From: Gemmatimonadaceae bacterium
GTDB taxonomy: Bacteria > Gemmatimonadota > Gemmatimonadetes > Gemmatimonadales > Gemmatimonadaceae
Reading direction: 5' to 3'
DNA: 64,000 nt
Assembly (NCBI GenBank): GCA_040902005.1
Contig: JBBDYA010000120.1
Span: 1 to 64,000, forward strand
Of this stretch, positions 48,706 through 57,691 are shown piece after piece (the stretch's first letter is position 1; each line of letters starts with the position of its first letter). A program made the translations under genes and the position numbers. Below the pieces are notes generated by a model. The model had not been told where the DNA came from. It was given only the letters and a program-made list of their open reading frames with translations, and did no database searches.

Positions 48706-50183
48706 GCCGCCGCCCCCCCCCCTCCCCCCAACATCGCGCGTCCGATCGCGTCCCGGTCGCCGCTCACTTCGCGGGCCACACCGTCGAAGACGACGAGCAC
48801 GCGCGTCGCGAGGGCCAGCACTTCGTCCAGGTCGCTGGAGTGCACCACGACGGCCGCGCCGCGTGCCGCCGCGCCTCGGAGTTGCGCGTGCACGAACGCC
48901 GTTGCCTGGACGTCCAGGCCACGCGTTGGATTGTCGGCGACCACCAGCGCGACGTCGTGCTCGAGCTCGCGCGCGACGACCAGCCGCTGCTGGTTCCCGC
49001 CGGACAGCTCGCGCGCGGCAGCGGAGACCGACGTGGTGGTGATGCCGAAGACGCGCACCAGGTTCCGGGCGCGCTCCGCGATGGTGGGCCACCGCATGAG
49101 GCCGCGCCGCCATCCTGCCTGCCGCAGCGCCACGTTCTCCGTCACGCTGAACCCGGGGATGAGCGCCTCCCGCAACCTGTCCGCGGGGATCAGTGACGTG
49201 TCACTCGGAATGTCCAGCGCGCCGGCCGTAATCCGTTGCTGCGCCGACAGGGCGCGCAGAAGCTCGCGATGTCCCGAGCCCTCGATCGCGGCGATGCCCA
49301 GGATCTCGCCGCGGCGCACCTCGAAAGTGGCGTCCCGGATGCGCGGCGCACCGCGCGCATCCACGATCACGAGGGCGTTCGCGCGGGCCACGACCTCGCC
49401 GGGCGCGCTCGGCGCTGGCACGGGCGACGGATCGAGCGTCTCCGGAAAGATCGCCCGCGCGAGATCGGCTTCCGACGCGCCGCGCGCGGACCCGCCCCCC
49501 GCGTGCACCACCCGTCCGCGGCGCAGCACGGTGACCTCGTCGGCGACAGCCAGCGCCTCCCGCAGCTTGTGCGTGATCAGCACGACACTGCCGCCGCCCT
49601 CCGCGAAGGATCGGATCCACCGCAGCAGGTCCCGGATCTCCGGTGGCGCGAGCACCGCCGTGGGTTCGTCGAGAATCAGGAGACGCGCGCCACGCGACAA
49701 CGCCTTCAGGATTTCCAGGCGCTGCTGCTCCACGATGCTCAGGTTCCTGACCAGCACGTCATGCGGGACGCGCAGACCGGACAGCTCCGAGACGCGCGCG
49801 AGATGGGCCGCAGCGGCGTCCGGATGATGCCGCCCGTGGCCGCCGAGCACGAGGCTCTCCGCGGCGCTGAGATTCCCCACCAGCGACAGATGCTGGTGCA
49901 CCATGCCGATGCTGGCGCGCATCGCGCGGCGCACAGAATGCGCCCCCCCCCCCGCCACGGTCTCGCCAAAGAGCCGCAGCTCGCCCGCGTCCCGCTCCAC
50001 CAGCCCGTACGCGATCCGCATGAGTGTCGTCTTGCCGGCGCCATTCTCGCCCAGCAGCGCGTGGATGGATCCCGCGGCAACCGAAATGTCCACCGCGTCC
50101 ACCGCGACCACGTGATTGAATCGCCTGGTGACGCCGCGCATCTCGAGCGCTGGCGCCGGCCCCGGGACGTGCGCCGAACTCAC
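48702..50183 (-). CDS. ABC transporter ATP-binding protein (tandem domains)
   Basis: GENGAGKTT, ILDEPT, ITHKL, LSGGNQQR, PTRGLD. Confidence 0.9.
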   Translation of the reverse strand: MSSAHVPGPAPALEMRGVTRRFNHVVAVDAVDISVAAGSIHALLGENGAGKTTLMRIAYGLVERDAGELRLFGETVAGGGAHSVRRAMRASIGMVHQHLSLVGNLSAAESLVLGGHGRHHPDAAAAHLARVSELSGLRVPHDVLVRNLSIVEQQRLEILKALSRGARLLILDEPTAVLAPPEIRDLLRWIRSFAEGGGSVVLITHKLREALAVADEVTVLRRGRVVHAGGGSARGASEADLARAIFPETLDPSPVPAPSAPGEVVARANALVIVDARGAPRIRDATFEVRRGEILGIAAIEGSGHRELLRALSAQQRITAGALDIPSDTSLIPADRLREALIPGFSVTENVALRQAGWRRGLMRWPTIAERARNLVRVFGITTTSVSAAARELSGGNQQRLVVARELEHDVALVVADNPTRGLDVQATAFVHAQLRGAAARGAAVVVHSSDLDEVLALATRVLVVFDGVAREVSGDRDAIGRAMLGGGGGAAA

Positions 50184-50953
50184 AGCCCGGTCGGGACGTC
50201 CACGAACACCCACGGAATGCCGAAGCGCTCGGCCGCCAGCTGCGCCAGCGCCTGCACGCCGAAGGTCTCCGTGGCGTAGTGGCCCGCGTACATCACGACC
50301 AGCCCGTGCTCCATGGCCTCCACCGCGGTATGGTGCGCGCCCTCGCCCACGATGAGCGTGTCGACGCCACGCGTGCGCGCTTCCGCCAGCGTCCCCGGCG
50401 ACGCGCCCGCTCCCGTCACAATGGCCCACCGCTGTGTGACGCGGTCGTCGGCGAAGGGGGTGCTGACGGCCGTGGTGGCAAATCGCGCGGAAACGGCGCG
50501 CACCCGCTCCAGCAGCGTCTTCGTGGGGAGCGCCCCGCTGCCGGACACGCCGATCTCCACGTCCTTGTAACGGCCGAAGGTTCCGCTGACCGTCAGCTTC
50601 AGCTCCCGGGCAAGCAGCGCATTGTTGCCGAGCGTGGGATGGAGGTCGAGTGGAATGTGCGAGGAATACACCGCGAGGTCGGCCGTGACAGCGGCCAGCA
50701 GTCGGTCGTAGGCGATGCCCACCAGCGGACGCGCGCCGTCCCAGTACATCCCGTGATGGACGACGAGCAGGTTGGCTCCTTCGCGCACGGCGCCGACAAC
50801 CGTGTTCCGCGAAAAGTCCACCGCGGCGGCGATCTTCGTCACGCGCCCGCTGTTGGCGAGCTGGAGACCGTTCAGCGCGACGTCGTAATCCGGAACCTCC
50901 GCCGTGCGCAGTTCGGCGTCGAGCTGGCGAACCAGGTCGGTCAGATCCGCCAT
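50180..50953 (-). CDS. Nif3-like (YbgI) dinuclear metal-centre protein
   Basis: NGLQ, VHHG, HIPLDLH...GNN, AGHYATETFG. Confidence 0.92.
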   Translation of the reverse strand: MADLTDLVRQLDAELRTAEVPDYDVALNGLQLANSGRVTKIAAAVDFSRNTVVGAVREGANLLVVHHGMYWDGARPLVGIAYDRLLAAVTADLAVYSSHIPLDLHPTLGNNALLARELKLTVSGTFGRYKDVEIGVSGSGALPTKTLLERVRAVSARFATTAVSTPFADDRVTQRWAIVTGAGASPGTLAEARTRGVDTLIVGEGAHHTAVEAMEHGLVVMYAGHYATETFGVQALAQLAAERFGIPWVFVDVPTGL

Positions 50954-50955
50954 CG

Positions 50956-51966
50956 CTATGGGGCCAGCGAGGAGAACGCGCCTGAATGAATGAGCGCGCG
51001 AACGGAATCGATGTGCGATCGCGCCGGTGCCGGAATCACGGACAGCAGCGCCGGGTTCAGCAGGAGCTCGACGACGCCGCTCCGTGCGTCGAAGGTGACC
51101 ACCCGCGGCACGAACCGCCCGGACTTCACTTCGCTGGCCACGGCATGGAACGCGCGGGGCAGATCGATCACGACAGAGCCGAGCGTCACCGTGGGCGCGA
51201 CGGCGTTCTGATCGGAGTTGGAGCCGATGACGTACACGCCGGTGCGCTCGCGCGCGGCCTGGAACACGCCTAGGCCGGCGGCGTCCGCGTTCTGGAAGAT
51301 CACGTCGGCGCCGCTCGCGATCTGCGCGAGCGCCTGTTCCTTCCCGGCGCTCACGTCATCCCAGTTTCCGATGAACGCGGTGCGCACGCGGGCGTCCGGC
51401 CTCACCCGGCGCACGCCGCGCTCGAATGCCACGAAGCTCTCCTTCACCGGAGGCAGCTCGGTGCCGCCAATGACTCCCACCGTTCCGGACCGGCTCATGT
51501 ACGCCGCGAGCACGCCGGCGAGGTACGAGGCGTCGGCGAAGCTGAACGAGATGCCGGCCAGGTTCGCGCCGAAGGTGTTGCTGCTCGTGGTGACGTACAT
51601 CGTGCGGGGGAAGCGCGGCGCCACGCGGCGGGCCGCGTCCTGAAACTCGAAGCCGTGCCCGAACACGAGATCGAACCCGCGCGCGCCGTACTCGCGAAAG
51701 TTCTCCTCGAAATCGGCCGGCGTCCGGGTCTGGATGTGGCTCACCTGCGCGCCAAGACTGTCACGGATGCGCATCAATCCCTCGTACGCGCCGCCGTTCC
51801 ACGACTGATCCGACACGGCGCCGGGTGTGAGGAGCGCAACGCGAAAGGCGGCCGTGTCAGCGCCGTCCGGACCGCGCGCGTCGTCGCGCGCACCATCCCC
51901 CTGCCCCCCAGAGCACGCGATGGCGGATGCCAGGACCGCGGCGAACAGCGGAATCCGGACGGACAT
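50956..51966 (-). CDS. BMP-family ABC substrate-binding lipoprotein
   Basis: Lipobox IAC, DQSWN, FGHGFEF, SYLAG, GADVIF, GSNSDQ. Confidence 0.9.
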   Translation of the reverse strand: MSVRIPLFAAVLASAIACSGGQGDGARDDARGPDGADTAAFRVALLTPGAVSDQSWNGGAYEGLMRIRDSLGAQVSHIQTRTPADFEENFREYGARGFDLVFGHGFEFQDAARRVAPRFPRTMYVTTSSNTFGANLAGISFSFADASYLAGVLAAYMSRSGTVGVIGGTELPPVKESFVAFERGVRRVRPDARVRTAFIGNWDDVSAGKEQALAQIASGADVIFQNADAAGLGVFQAARERTGVYVIGSNSDQNAVAPTVTLGSVVIDLPRAFHAVASEVKSGRFVPRVVTFDARSGVVELLLNPALLSVIPAPARSHIDSVRALIHSGAFSSLAP

Positions 51967-52901
51967 CAGGCGCGCGCCCGGCCGGGACCCAGTACCACGT
52001 CCAGCACACGCTCGAGATCGTCCGCCGAGTAGAACGCGACGTCGATGCTCCCCTTCTCGGGGCCGGAGAGCCGGATGCGGACGTCGGTCTGGAGACGCCG
52101 GCGCAGCTCATCCTCCATGCGGCGCAGCACGGGCGCGGATCCCGCCCTGGCCGGCGCCTTGCCCGCCGGCTTCCCGGTGGTGGCCGGTTGCTGCAGGTCG
52201 CGCACCCGCCGTTCCAGCTCGCGCACGCTGAGTTCACGCGCGACGGCTTCGTTGGCGAGCGAGAGGGCGCGCCGCTCGTCGTCGAGCGCCACCAGCGCCC
52301 GTGCATGGCCGGCGCTCAACTGCCCCCGCTCCACGATCGCCAGCACCGCTGCCGGCAACTGAAGGATGCGGAGCAATGACGTGATCGACGTGCGATCCTT
52401 GCCCACGGCCTCCGCGATCTGCGCGTGCGTGAAGCCGAACTCCTCGGCCAGGCGCCGGTAGCCGCGGGCCTCGTCCACCGCGTTGAGGTCGGCGCGCTGG
52501 AGGTTCTCGACCAGCGCCAGCGTGAGCAGCGTGCGGTCGTCGACGTCGCGGATGATCGCGGGAATCTCGGCCCACCCCAGTCGCGTGGCGGCGCGCAGGC
52601 GCCGTTCGCCGGAGATCAGCTCGTAGCCCTGCGCGGCGCGACGCACCGTGATGGGCTGGAGCAGCCCGGACGACTTGAGCGATGCCTGGAGTTCCTTCAG
52701 CTCGGTCTCGTCGAACTCGCGGCGGGGCTGCCAGGGATTGGGCCGGATGCTCGTGATGGCCAACTGCTGATAGTCCGATGGCGGCGCTTCCGCGGTCGCC
52801 GGCGCAATGCGCGTGTCCGTGCCGCCGCCCCCCCCCGTGATGGCGGCAGCGCCCGGAATGAGCGCCTCGAGTCCGCGACCCAGTCGGCGTGGCTTTTCCA
52901 T
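51966..52901 (-). CDS. parB: Chromosome partitioning protein ParB
   Basis: LGRGLEALI, PNPWQPR, GLLQPI, GERRLRA, LVENLQRADL, HTH, GHARAL. Confidence 0.96.
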   Translation of the reverse strand: MEKPRRLGRGLEALIPGAAAITGGGGGTDTRIAPATAEAPPSDYQQLAITSIRPNPWQPRREFDETELKELQASLKSSGLLQPITVRRAAQGYELISGERRLRAATRLGWAEIPAIIRDVDDRTLLTLALVENLQRADLNAVDEARGYRRLAEEFGFTHAQIAEAVGKDRTSITSLLRILQLPAAVLAIVERGQLSAGHARALVALDDERRALSLANEAVARELSVRELERRVRDLQQPATTGKPAGKAPARAGSAPVLRRMEDELRRRLQTDVRIRLSGPEKGSIDVAFYSADDLERVLDVVLGPGRARA

Positions 52902-52904
52902 TGT

Positions 52905-53711
52905 CTAGCGCTCTCCCGTGGACGTGGTCGCGGGACGCCTGGCGGACCGGGTGCGCTGCATGAACTCCTCCGCCACCTTGACGTATGCCTGCGCGCCCAC
53001 CGAGGCCACGTCGTACAGCATGATGGGCTTGCCGAAGCTCGGCGCTTCGGCGAGGCGCACGTTTCTCGGGATGACCGTCTCGAAGACGCCGGCGCCGAAG
53101 TACTCGCGCGCGTCGGCGGCCACCTGGCGCGACAGGTTCAGCCGCGCGTCGTACATCGTGAGCAGCACGCCGTCGATGACCAGCGCTTCGTTCAACCCTT
53201 TCTGCACGAGATGCACGGTGTTGAGCAGCTGGGAGATGCCCTCGAGTGCGTAGTACTCGCACTGAAGCGGAATGAGGAGCGCGTCCGCCGCGGCCAGCAT
53301 GTTGAGGGTGATCAGTCCGAGCGACGGGGGGCAGTCGATGAGGATGTACTTATACGCGTCGCGCAGCGGCGCCAGGCCGCGCGCCATGGCGTGCTCGCGG
53401 TCGGGAGTGCCGACGAGCTCCACCTCGGCGCCGGAGAGATCCGGCGTGGCCGGCAGCACGTCGAGGTGCTTGAACTGCACCGAGTGCACGATCGCGTCGC
53501 TGGCCGCGGCTTCACCGAGCAGCACCTCGTAGGTGGTGCGGTTGAAGCGATCCGGCGTGAGACCGACGCCACTCGTCGCGTTGCCCTGCGGGTCACCGTC
53601 CACGAGCAGGGTGTGCTGTTCAGCGGCGGCCAGACTCGCGGCGAGGTTCACCGCCGTGGTGGTCTTTCCCACGCCTCCCTTCTGATTTGCTATCGCGATG
53701 ATGCGCGCCAC
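52905..53711 (-). CDS. parA: Chromosome partitioning ATPase ParA/Soj
   Basis: NQKGGVGKTT, DPQGNAT, DCPPSLG, QCEYYALEG, RLAEAPSFG. Confidence 0.96.
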   Translation of the reverse strand: MARIIAIANQKGGVGKTTTAVNLAASLAAAEQHTLLVDGDPQGNATSGVGLTPDRFNRTTYEVLLGEAAASDAIVHSVQFKHLDVLPATPDLSGAEVELVGTPDREHAMARGLAPLRDAYKYILIDCPPSLGLITLNMLAAADALLIPLQCEYYALEGISQLLNTVHLVQKGLNEALVIDGVLLTMYDARLNLSRQVAADAREYFGAGVFETVIPRNVRLAEAPSFGKPIMLYDVASVGAQAYVKVAEEFMQRTRSARRPATTSTGER

Positions 53712-53717
53712 GTGGCG

Positions 53718-54089
53718 TTACCGGGGTGGAAGGAGACGCTCGACTCGGAGCAACAGTGCTTCGGATGCTTCGGGCCGGTCCAGGAAGTTCGCGTACTTCA
53801 GGCGCCATTCCTCGTACTGAAGGCGCTTCCAGCTGCTGGGCAGGTGCTGTTGCAGTATTGGCAACGCTTTTCTCAGGTCGCGTCCGCGTAGCATGTACGC
53901 GTACTGGTTCCGTCCGCCGCGCGCGTACGGTCCGAATATGCGCCCACCCAGGGTGCGTTGCAGGTGCTCCAGCGGCTCAAGGTCCCTGCGGTGGAACTTC
54001 ACCTCGAGGGACGGCTGCATCCGGTCTCCGGTGAAGGAGCCGTCGCCGACTATGAGCCCCATGGCGTACCCGAGCGCGAACTGATCCAC
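53718..54089 (-). CDS. Single-motif LAGLIDADG-like protein (~123 aa)
   Basis: N-terminal YAMGLIVGDGSF resembles the LAGLIDADG helix (e.g. YLAGFVDGDGSI), followed by LEV..H..D..PLEHLQRTLGGRI, typical of the fold; GTG start is inferred. Confidence 0.65.
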   Translation of the reverse strand: MDQFALGYAMGLIVGDGSFTGDRMQPSLEVKFHRRDLEPLEHLQRTLGGRIFGPYARGGRNQYAYMLRGRDLRKALPILQQHLPSSWKRLQYEEWRLKYANFLDRPEASEALLLRVERLLPPR

Positions 54090-54208
54090 GCCGGCAAGGT
54101 ATGATCTGTGTCCCCGGAGCACAAGGTGCCACGATTCACATGCGGGTAGTGGGCCGTTTTCCGACAGCCTGCGACAGCGCCGGCGCCCCAAGATGGCGCG
54201 GCGGCAAC

Positions 54209-54346
54209 GTGCGCGCGACTGCAGCCGAGTCCGCGCGTGGCCGCCGTGAGCCGGCGCTGCCGCTTACGCCGTGGCTGTGCGGCGACCCGTGACGGCCTCC
54301 AATGGCATGGAGCGTGGCGAGCCGAGTGAACTCGACTCACCACGCC
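54209..54346. repeat. Core-less relative of the 11.2-11.36 kb element
   Basis: Collinear with 11162-11266; the outer stem closes as GCGTGGCGAGCCGAG-TGAA-CTCGACTCACCACGC without the inner core. Confidence 0.75.
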
Positions 54347-54386
54347 CGCCAGCGCACCCTGAAGCGCCAGGCAGACGCCAACTGCC

Positions 54387-55115
54387 TCACCGGCCAGAGA
54401 CGAACCGCCACCGCGCGTTGACCGTGGCTCGTACGGTCTCCTCTCCCGGCTCGATCGGCACGGCGTCCTGAGCCATCTCCATCCCCCTCGCGAGGGCGAT
54501 CATCGGACGCGGCGGCATGTAGGCCTCACCCGCGCTCATCTCGATCAAGTCGCCCAGCGTGCCACCGGCTGCCCGCGCCATCGCATCCGCATCCGCGCGC
54601 GCCTTGCCGACCGCCTGCGTGAGCGCCACTCGCCTGGCGGAATCCGCGGAGCTGATGGAGAAAGACAACGAGTTGATCTGATTGGCCCCGGCACCAAGCG
54701 ATGCGTCGATCACCGGACCCACCTGATCGATCTGCCGTACCTCCACATTCACCACGTTCGACACGAGATAGCTCGTCGTCCTTGGCGCCTGGCGTCCCTC
54801 GCGGTCGTAGACCGTCTCCGGAATCACATTGAAGCCCGACGTCGCGATCTGATTCGCGGGGATACCCTTGGCCCTGATCGCCGCGATGATCGCGTTCTGC
54901 TTCCGCGAGTTCTGTGCGGACGCCTCCGCGGCCGTCGCCGCGCGCGTCTGCACGCCGACGCTGATCGATGCCCGATCCGGCGCGACGCGCACCTCCGCCG
55001 ACGCACTCGTCACGATCTGCGGCACCTGTGGATGCATCGGCTCCTGGGCCGCAACCGACCTCGCGATGCCAGCGAGGGTCATCGACAGCATGGTACTCCG
55101 GACAATCGTCCGCAT
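54387..55115 (-). CDS. SIMPL domain (DUF541/YggE-like) exported protein
   Basis: Signal peptide, EVRVAPDRASISVGV, GANQINSLSF, ARADADAMARAAG, PIEPGE; AGGAG RBS. Confidence 0.88.
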   Translation of the reverse strand: MRTIVRSTMLSMTLAGIARSVAAQEPMHPQVPQIVTSASAEVRVAPDRASISVGVQTRAATAAEASAQNSRKQNAIIAAIRAKGIPANQIATSGFNVIPETVYDREGRQAPRTTSYLVSNVVNVEVRQIDQVGPVIDASLGAGANQINSLSFSISSADSARRVALTQAVGKARADADAMARAAGGTLGDLIEMSAGEAYMPPRPMIALARGMEMAQDAVPIEPGEETVRATVNARWRFVSGR

Positions 55116-55149
55116 CTGACGTCTCCTTGTATTTAGTATCTTTGTGTTA

Positions 55150-57081
55150 CTAAACAACGCTTCTGCTCGAGGCGCGCCGCCGCTCGACTTCGAACAGGAG
55201 GTTCTGCAAGTCTGAGGCGCTGACCCCCGGAACCGACGCGGCTTGCGCGAGCGTCGTCGGCCGCAACGCCGCGAGCTTTTGCCGAGCCTCCGTCGACAGT
55301 GAGCGCAGTTCGGCGTAGGGAAGCTCGATGGGCAGCGCCACGTCTCGCATCTTCCGCAGCCGGTCCGCCTGGGTCCGCTCCCGCTCGAAATACCCGGAGT
55401 ATTTCAACTCGAGTTCGACCGTCAGCGCCGCCGTCGTGTCCGGGACCGCTCGCCCTGCGGCACGGAGGAGATCCGTGAGAGAAAGCGGAGGCCGCTTTGC
55501 GAGCTCTGCCACGCGCACCGAATGCGCCAGCGGCGCTTCGCCCGCCGACACCAGCAAGGGCGCCGCCGCGTCTGGCGTGATGCTCGTCTGCCGCGCGTGT
55601 TCGAGAATCTCGCGTTCCGTGGAGAGCCGGCGCTCCAGCACCGCGACCTCGCGCGCGCGGAGCAAACCGGCATCGGCCGCCAGCTGGCCCAGGCGGCTGA
55701 GCGCATTGTCCTGCCGTACCGTGAGGCGGAACTCGGACCTGGATGTGAACAAGCGGTATGGCTCGTCCACGCCGCGCGTCACGAGATCGTCCACCAGCAC
55801 GCCGATGAACGAACGCTCGCGCGGTATCACCAATGGGGGCAAGTCCAGCGCGAACGCGGCCGCGTTGGCGCCGGCAACCACCCCCTGTCCGGCGGCTTCC
55901 TCGTACCCCGTGGTGCCGTTGATCTGCCCGGCGAAGTACAAGCCCCGCGCGCTCTTCACGGCCAGCGCGGCGTCGAGCTGCGTGGGCACGTAGTAGTCGT
56001 ACTCGATGGCGTAACCCGCTCGGGTCATCTCCACACCCCCCAGTCCGGGGACGGTGCGAAGCATCTCGAGTTGCACATCCACCGGCAGCGACGTGGACAG
56101 GCCGTTCACGTACAGCTCGGTCGTGTCGTGTCCCTCCGGCTCGAGAAACAGCTGGTGACGCGCCGCGTCAGGGAACCGGACGATCTTGTCCTCCACGGAC
56201 GGGCAGTACCGCGGGCCCCGGGATCCGATGGCGCCGCCGTACATCGCAGACCGGCCGAGGTTCGTCTGGATGATCGCCCGCGTCGCCTCGGTCGTGAACG
56301 TGATCCAGCACGGCAGCTGCGCGGGATGGCGGGTAAGGTCGTTGCCGCGGCGCGGCTCGTCCCAGAAGTGCGACCACGAGTAGTCGAACTGCTCGATTTC
56401 ACTCTCTTGCGCCTCGAGCATGCCGAAATCGACCGTGCGGCCATCGATGCGCGGCGGAGTGCCCGTCTTGAAGCGGCCCACCTCGAGCCCCATGCGCTCG
56501 AGCTGTTCCGCCAGGTGAACGGACGCGGACTCGCCGGCGCGGCCCCCCGCGACCTGCGTTTCCGTCCCGATGTGAATGCGCCCGCGAAGGAAGGTGCCGG
56601 TGGTGACCACGACGGCGCGCGCGCCGAATCGACGGCCTTCCAGCGTCTCGACGCCCACAACGGTGGCGTCGTGCGTCAGCAAAAGTCCGGCGACGGTGCC
56701 CTGGATGGTGCGCAGCGTGGTATGGGCCTCCAGCAGCTGGCGAACGGCGCGTCGATAGAGTCCGCGATCGCATTGGGCGCGCGGTGCCCACACGGCCGGC
56801 CCCTTGCCGCGATTCAGCATGCGAAACTGGATGGTCGCCAGGTCGGTCGCGCGCGCCATTAGGCCGCCCAGCGCGTCCACTTCCCTGACGACGGTTCCCT
56901 TCGCCACGCCGCCGATGGCCGGATTGCACGACATGTGGCCGATCGTATCGAGCGCGCTTGTGACGATCGCCACACGCGCTCCGCGACGGGCCGCGGCCAC
57001 CGCGGCTTCCGTCCCCGCGTGTCCCGCCCCGATGACGATGACGTCGAACGTGGCCTCCGTCTTCGGCCCTGGCGCGTTCAT
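55150..57081 (-). CDS. mnmG: tRNA uridine-5-carboxymethylaminomethyl modification enzyme MnmG (GidA)
   Basis: GAGHAG, MSCNPAIGG, KTGTPPR, GPRYCPSVEDK, AGQINGTTGYEEAA. Confidence 0.98.
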   Translation of the reverse strand: MNAPGPKTEATFDVIVIGAGHAGTEAAVAAARRGARVAIVTSALDTIGHMSCNPAIGGVAKGTVVREVDALGGLMARATDLATIQFRMLNRGKGPAVWAPRAQCDRGLYRRAVRQLLEAHTTLRTIQGTVAGLLLTHDATVVGVETLEGRRFGARAVVVTTGTFLRGRIHIGTETQVAGGRAGESASVHLAEQLERMGLEVGRFKTGTPPRIDGRTVDFGMLEAQESEIEQFDYSWSHFWDEPRRGNDLTRHPAQLPCWITFTTEATRAIIQTNLGRSAMYGGAIGSRGPRYCPSVEDKIVRFPDAARHQLFLEPEGHDTTELYVNGLSTSLPVDVQLEMLRTVPGLGGVEMTRAGYAIEYDYYVPTQLDAALAVKSARGLYFAGQINGTTGYEEAAGQGVVAGANAAAFALDLPPLVIPRERSFIGVLVDDLVTRGVDEPYRLFTSRSEFRLTVRQDNALSRLGQLAADAGLLRAREVAVLERRLSTEREILEHARQTSITPDAAAPLLVSAGEAPLAHSVRVAELAKRPPLSLTDLLRAAGRAVPDTTAALTVELELKYSGYFERERTQADRLRKMRDVALPIELPYAELRSLSTEARQKLAALRPTTLAQAASVPGVSASDLQNLLFEVERRRASSRSVV

Positions 57082-57130
57082 GGTGGGAATCTACCCGCCA
57101 GAATCCGCATCGTCCCCTAACTTGGTGCAC

Positions 57131-57454
57131 ATGCCTCTTCAGGTTCACGGAGGCGCGCCGACGCTCATCATCCGGCGCGCCGCGTACGAATCGGCCGGCC
57201 TCGTGCGGGCCGCGATCGACGATCGACTCGGACTTACCCCGGACGAATTCCGCGTGGAAGCGGACCTGCTGGCCGTTGGCCCGGTCCTCGATGCCGATGC
57301 CTTTGCCGCGCTTCTCGAGGATCTCGAACGGCTCGGGCTCGCGTACTACGACGACTTCTTCGAGCTCAGCGGCAACTGGCCCGATTGGCTCACCGTGTTC
57401 GCGGCGCCCTCCGAGCCGACCGGCCGCAACAGCCCCTCCCAGCCGCACTCATAG
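57131..57454 (+). CDS. Hypothetical protein divergent from mnmG
   Basis: ATG 57131, acidic globular-looking sequence (YYDDFFELSGNWPDWL), host-like codon use. Confidence 0.65.
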   Translation: MPLQVHGGAPTLIIRRAAYESAGLVRAAIDDRLGLTPDEFRVEADLLAVGPVLDADAFAALLEDLERLGLAYYDDFFELSGNWPDWLTVFAAPSEPTGRNSPSQPHS

Positions 57455-57639
57455 CACCAGCTGGTCCGGAACCAGGGCAGCAACCGGTTCCACGCGGGCT
57501 TGGAGACACGAAGCGTCGCTTCGTTGCAGATGGGGCACAGCATGCTGTCGGGAAGCATGCACAGGAAGAGGATCGTTGCCGCGATCGCCCGCAGCACGAA
57601 GAACGCAACGAAAACCACGGCGAAGATCACGGCGTCCAT
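57346..57639 (-). CDS. Small membrane-anchored zinc-ribbon protein
   Basis: N-terminal TM helix, CPIC and CYEC pairs; GGGAG upstream. Confidence 0.6.
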   Translation of the reverse strand: MDAVIFAVVFVAFFVLRAIAATILFLCMLPDSMLCPICNEATLRVSKPAWNRLLPWFRTSWCYECGWEGLLRPVGSEGAANTVSQSGQLPLSSKKSS

Positions 57640-57691
57640 CCGACTCCCCCCCTTCCCCTCTCCCTCTACCACTCCCCTCGCCTACTCGTTC

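Noticed and set aside
54156..54172. IS-like terminal inverted repeat (TTTTCCGACAGCCTG) near the LAGLIDADG-like gene
   Set aside because: No matching second end or transposase found.
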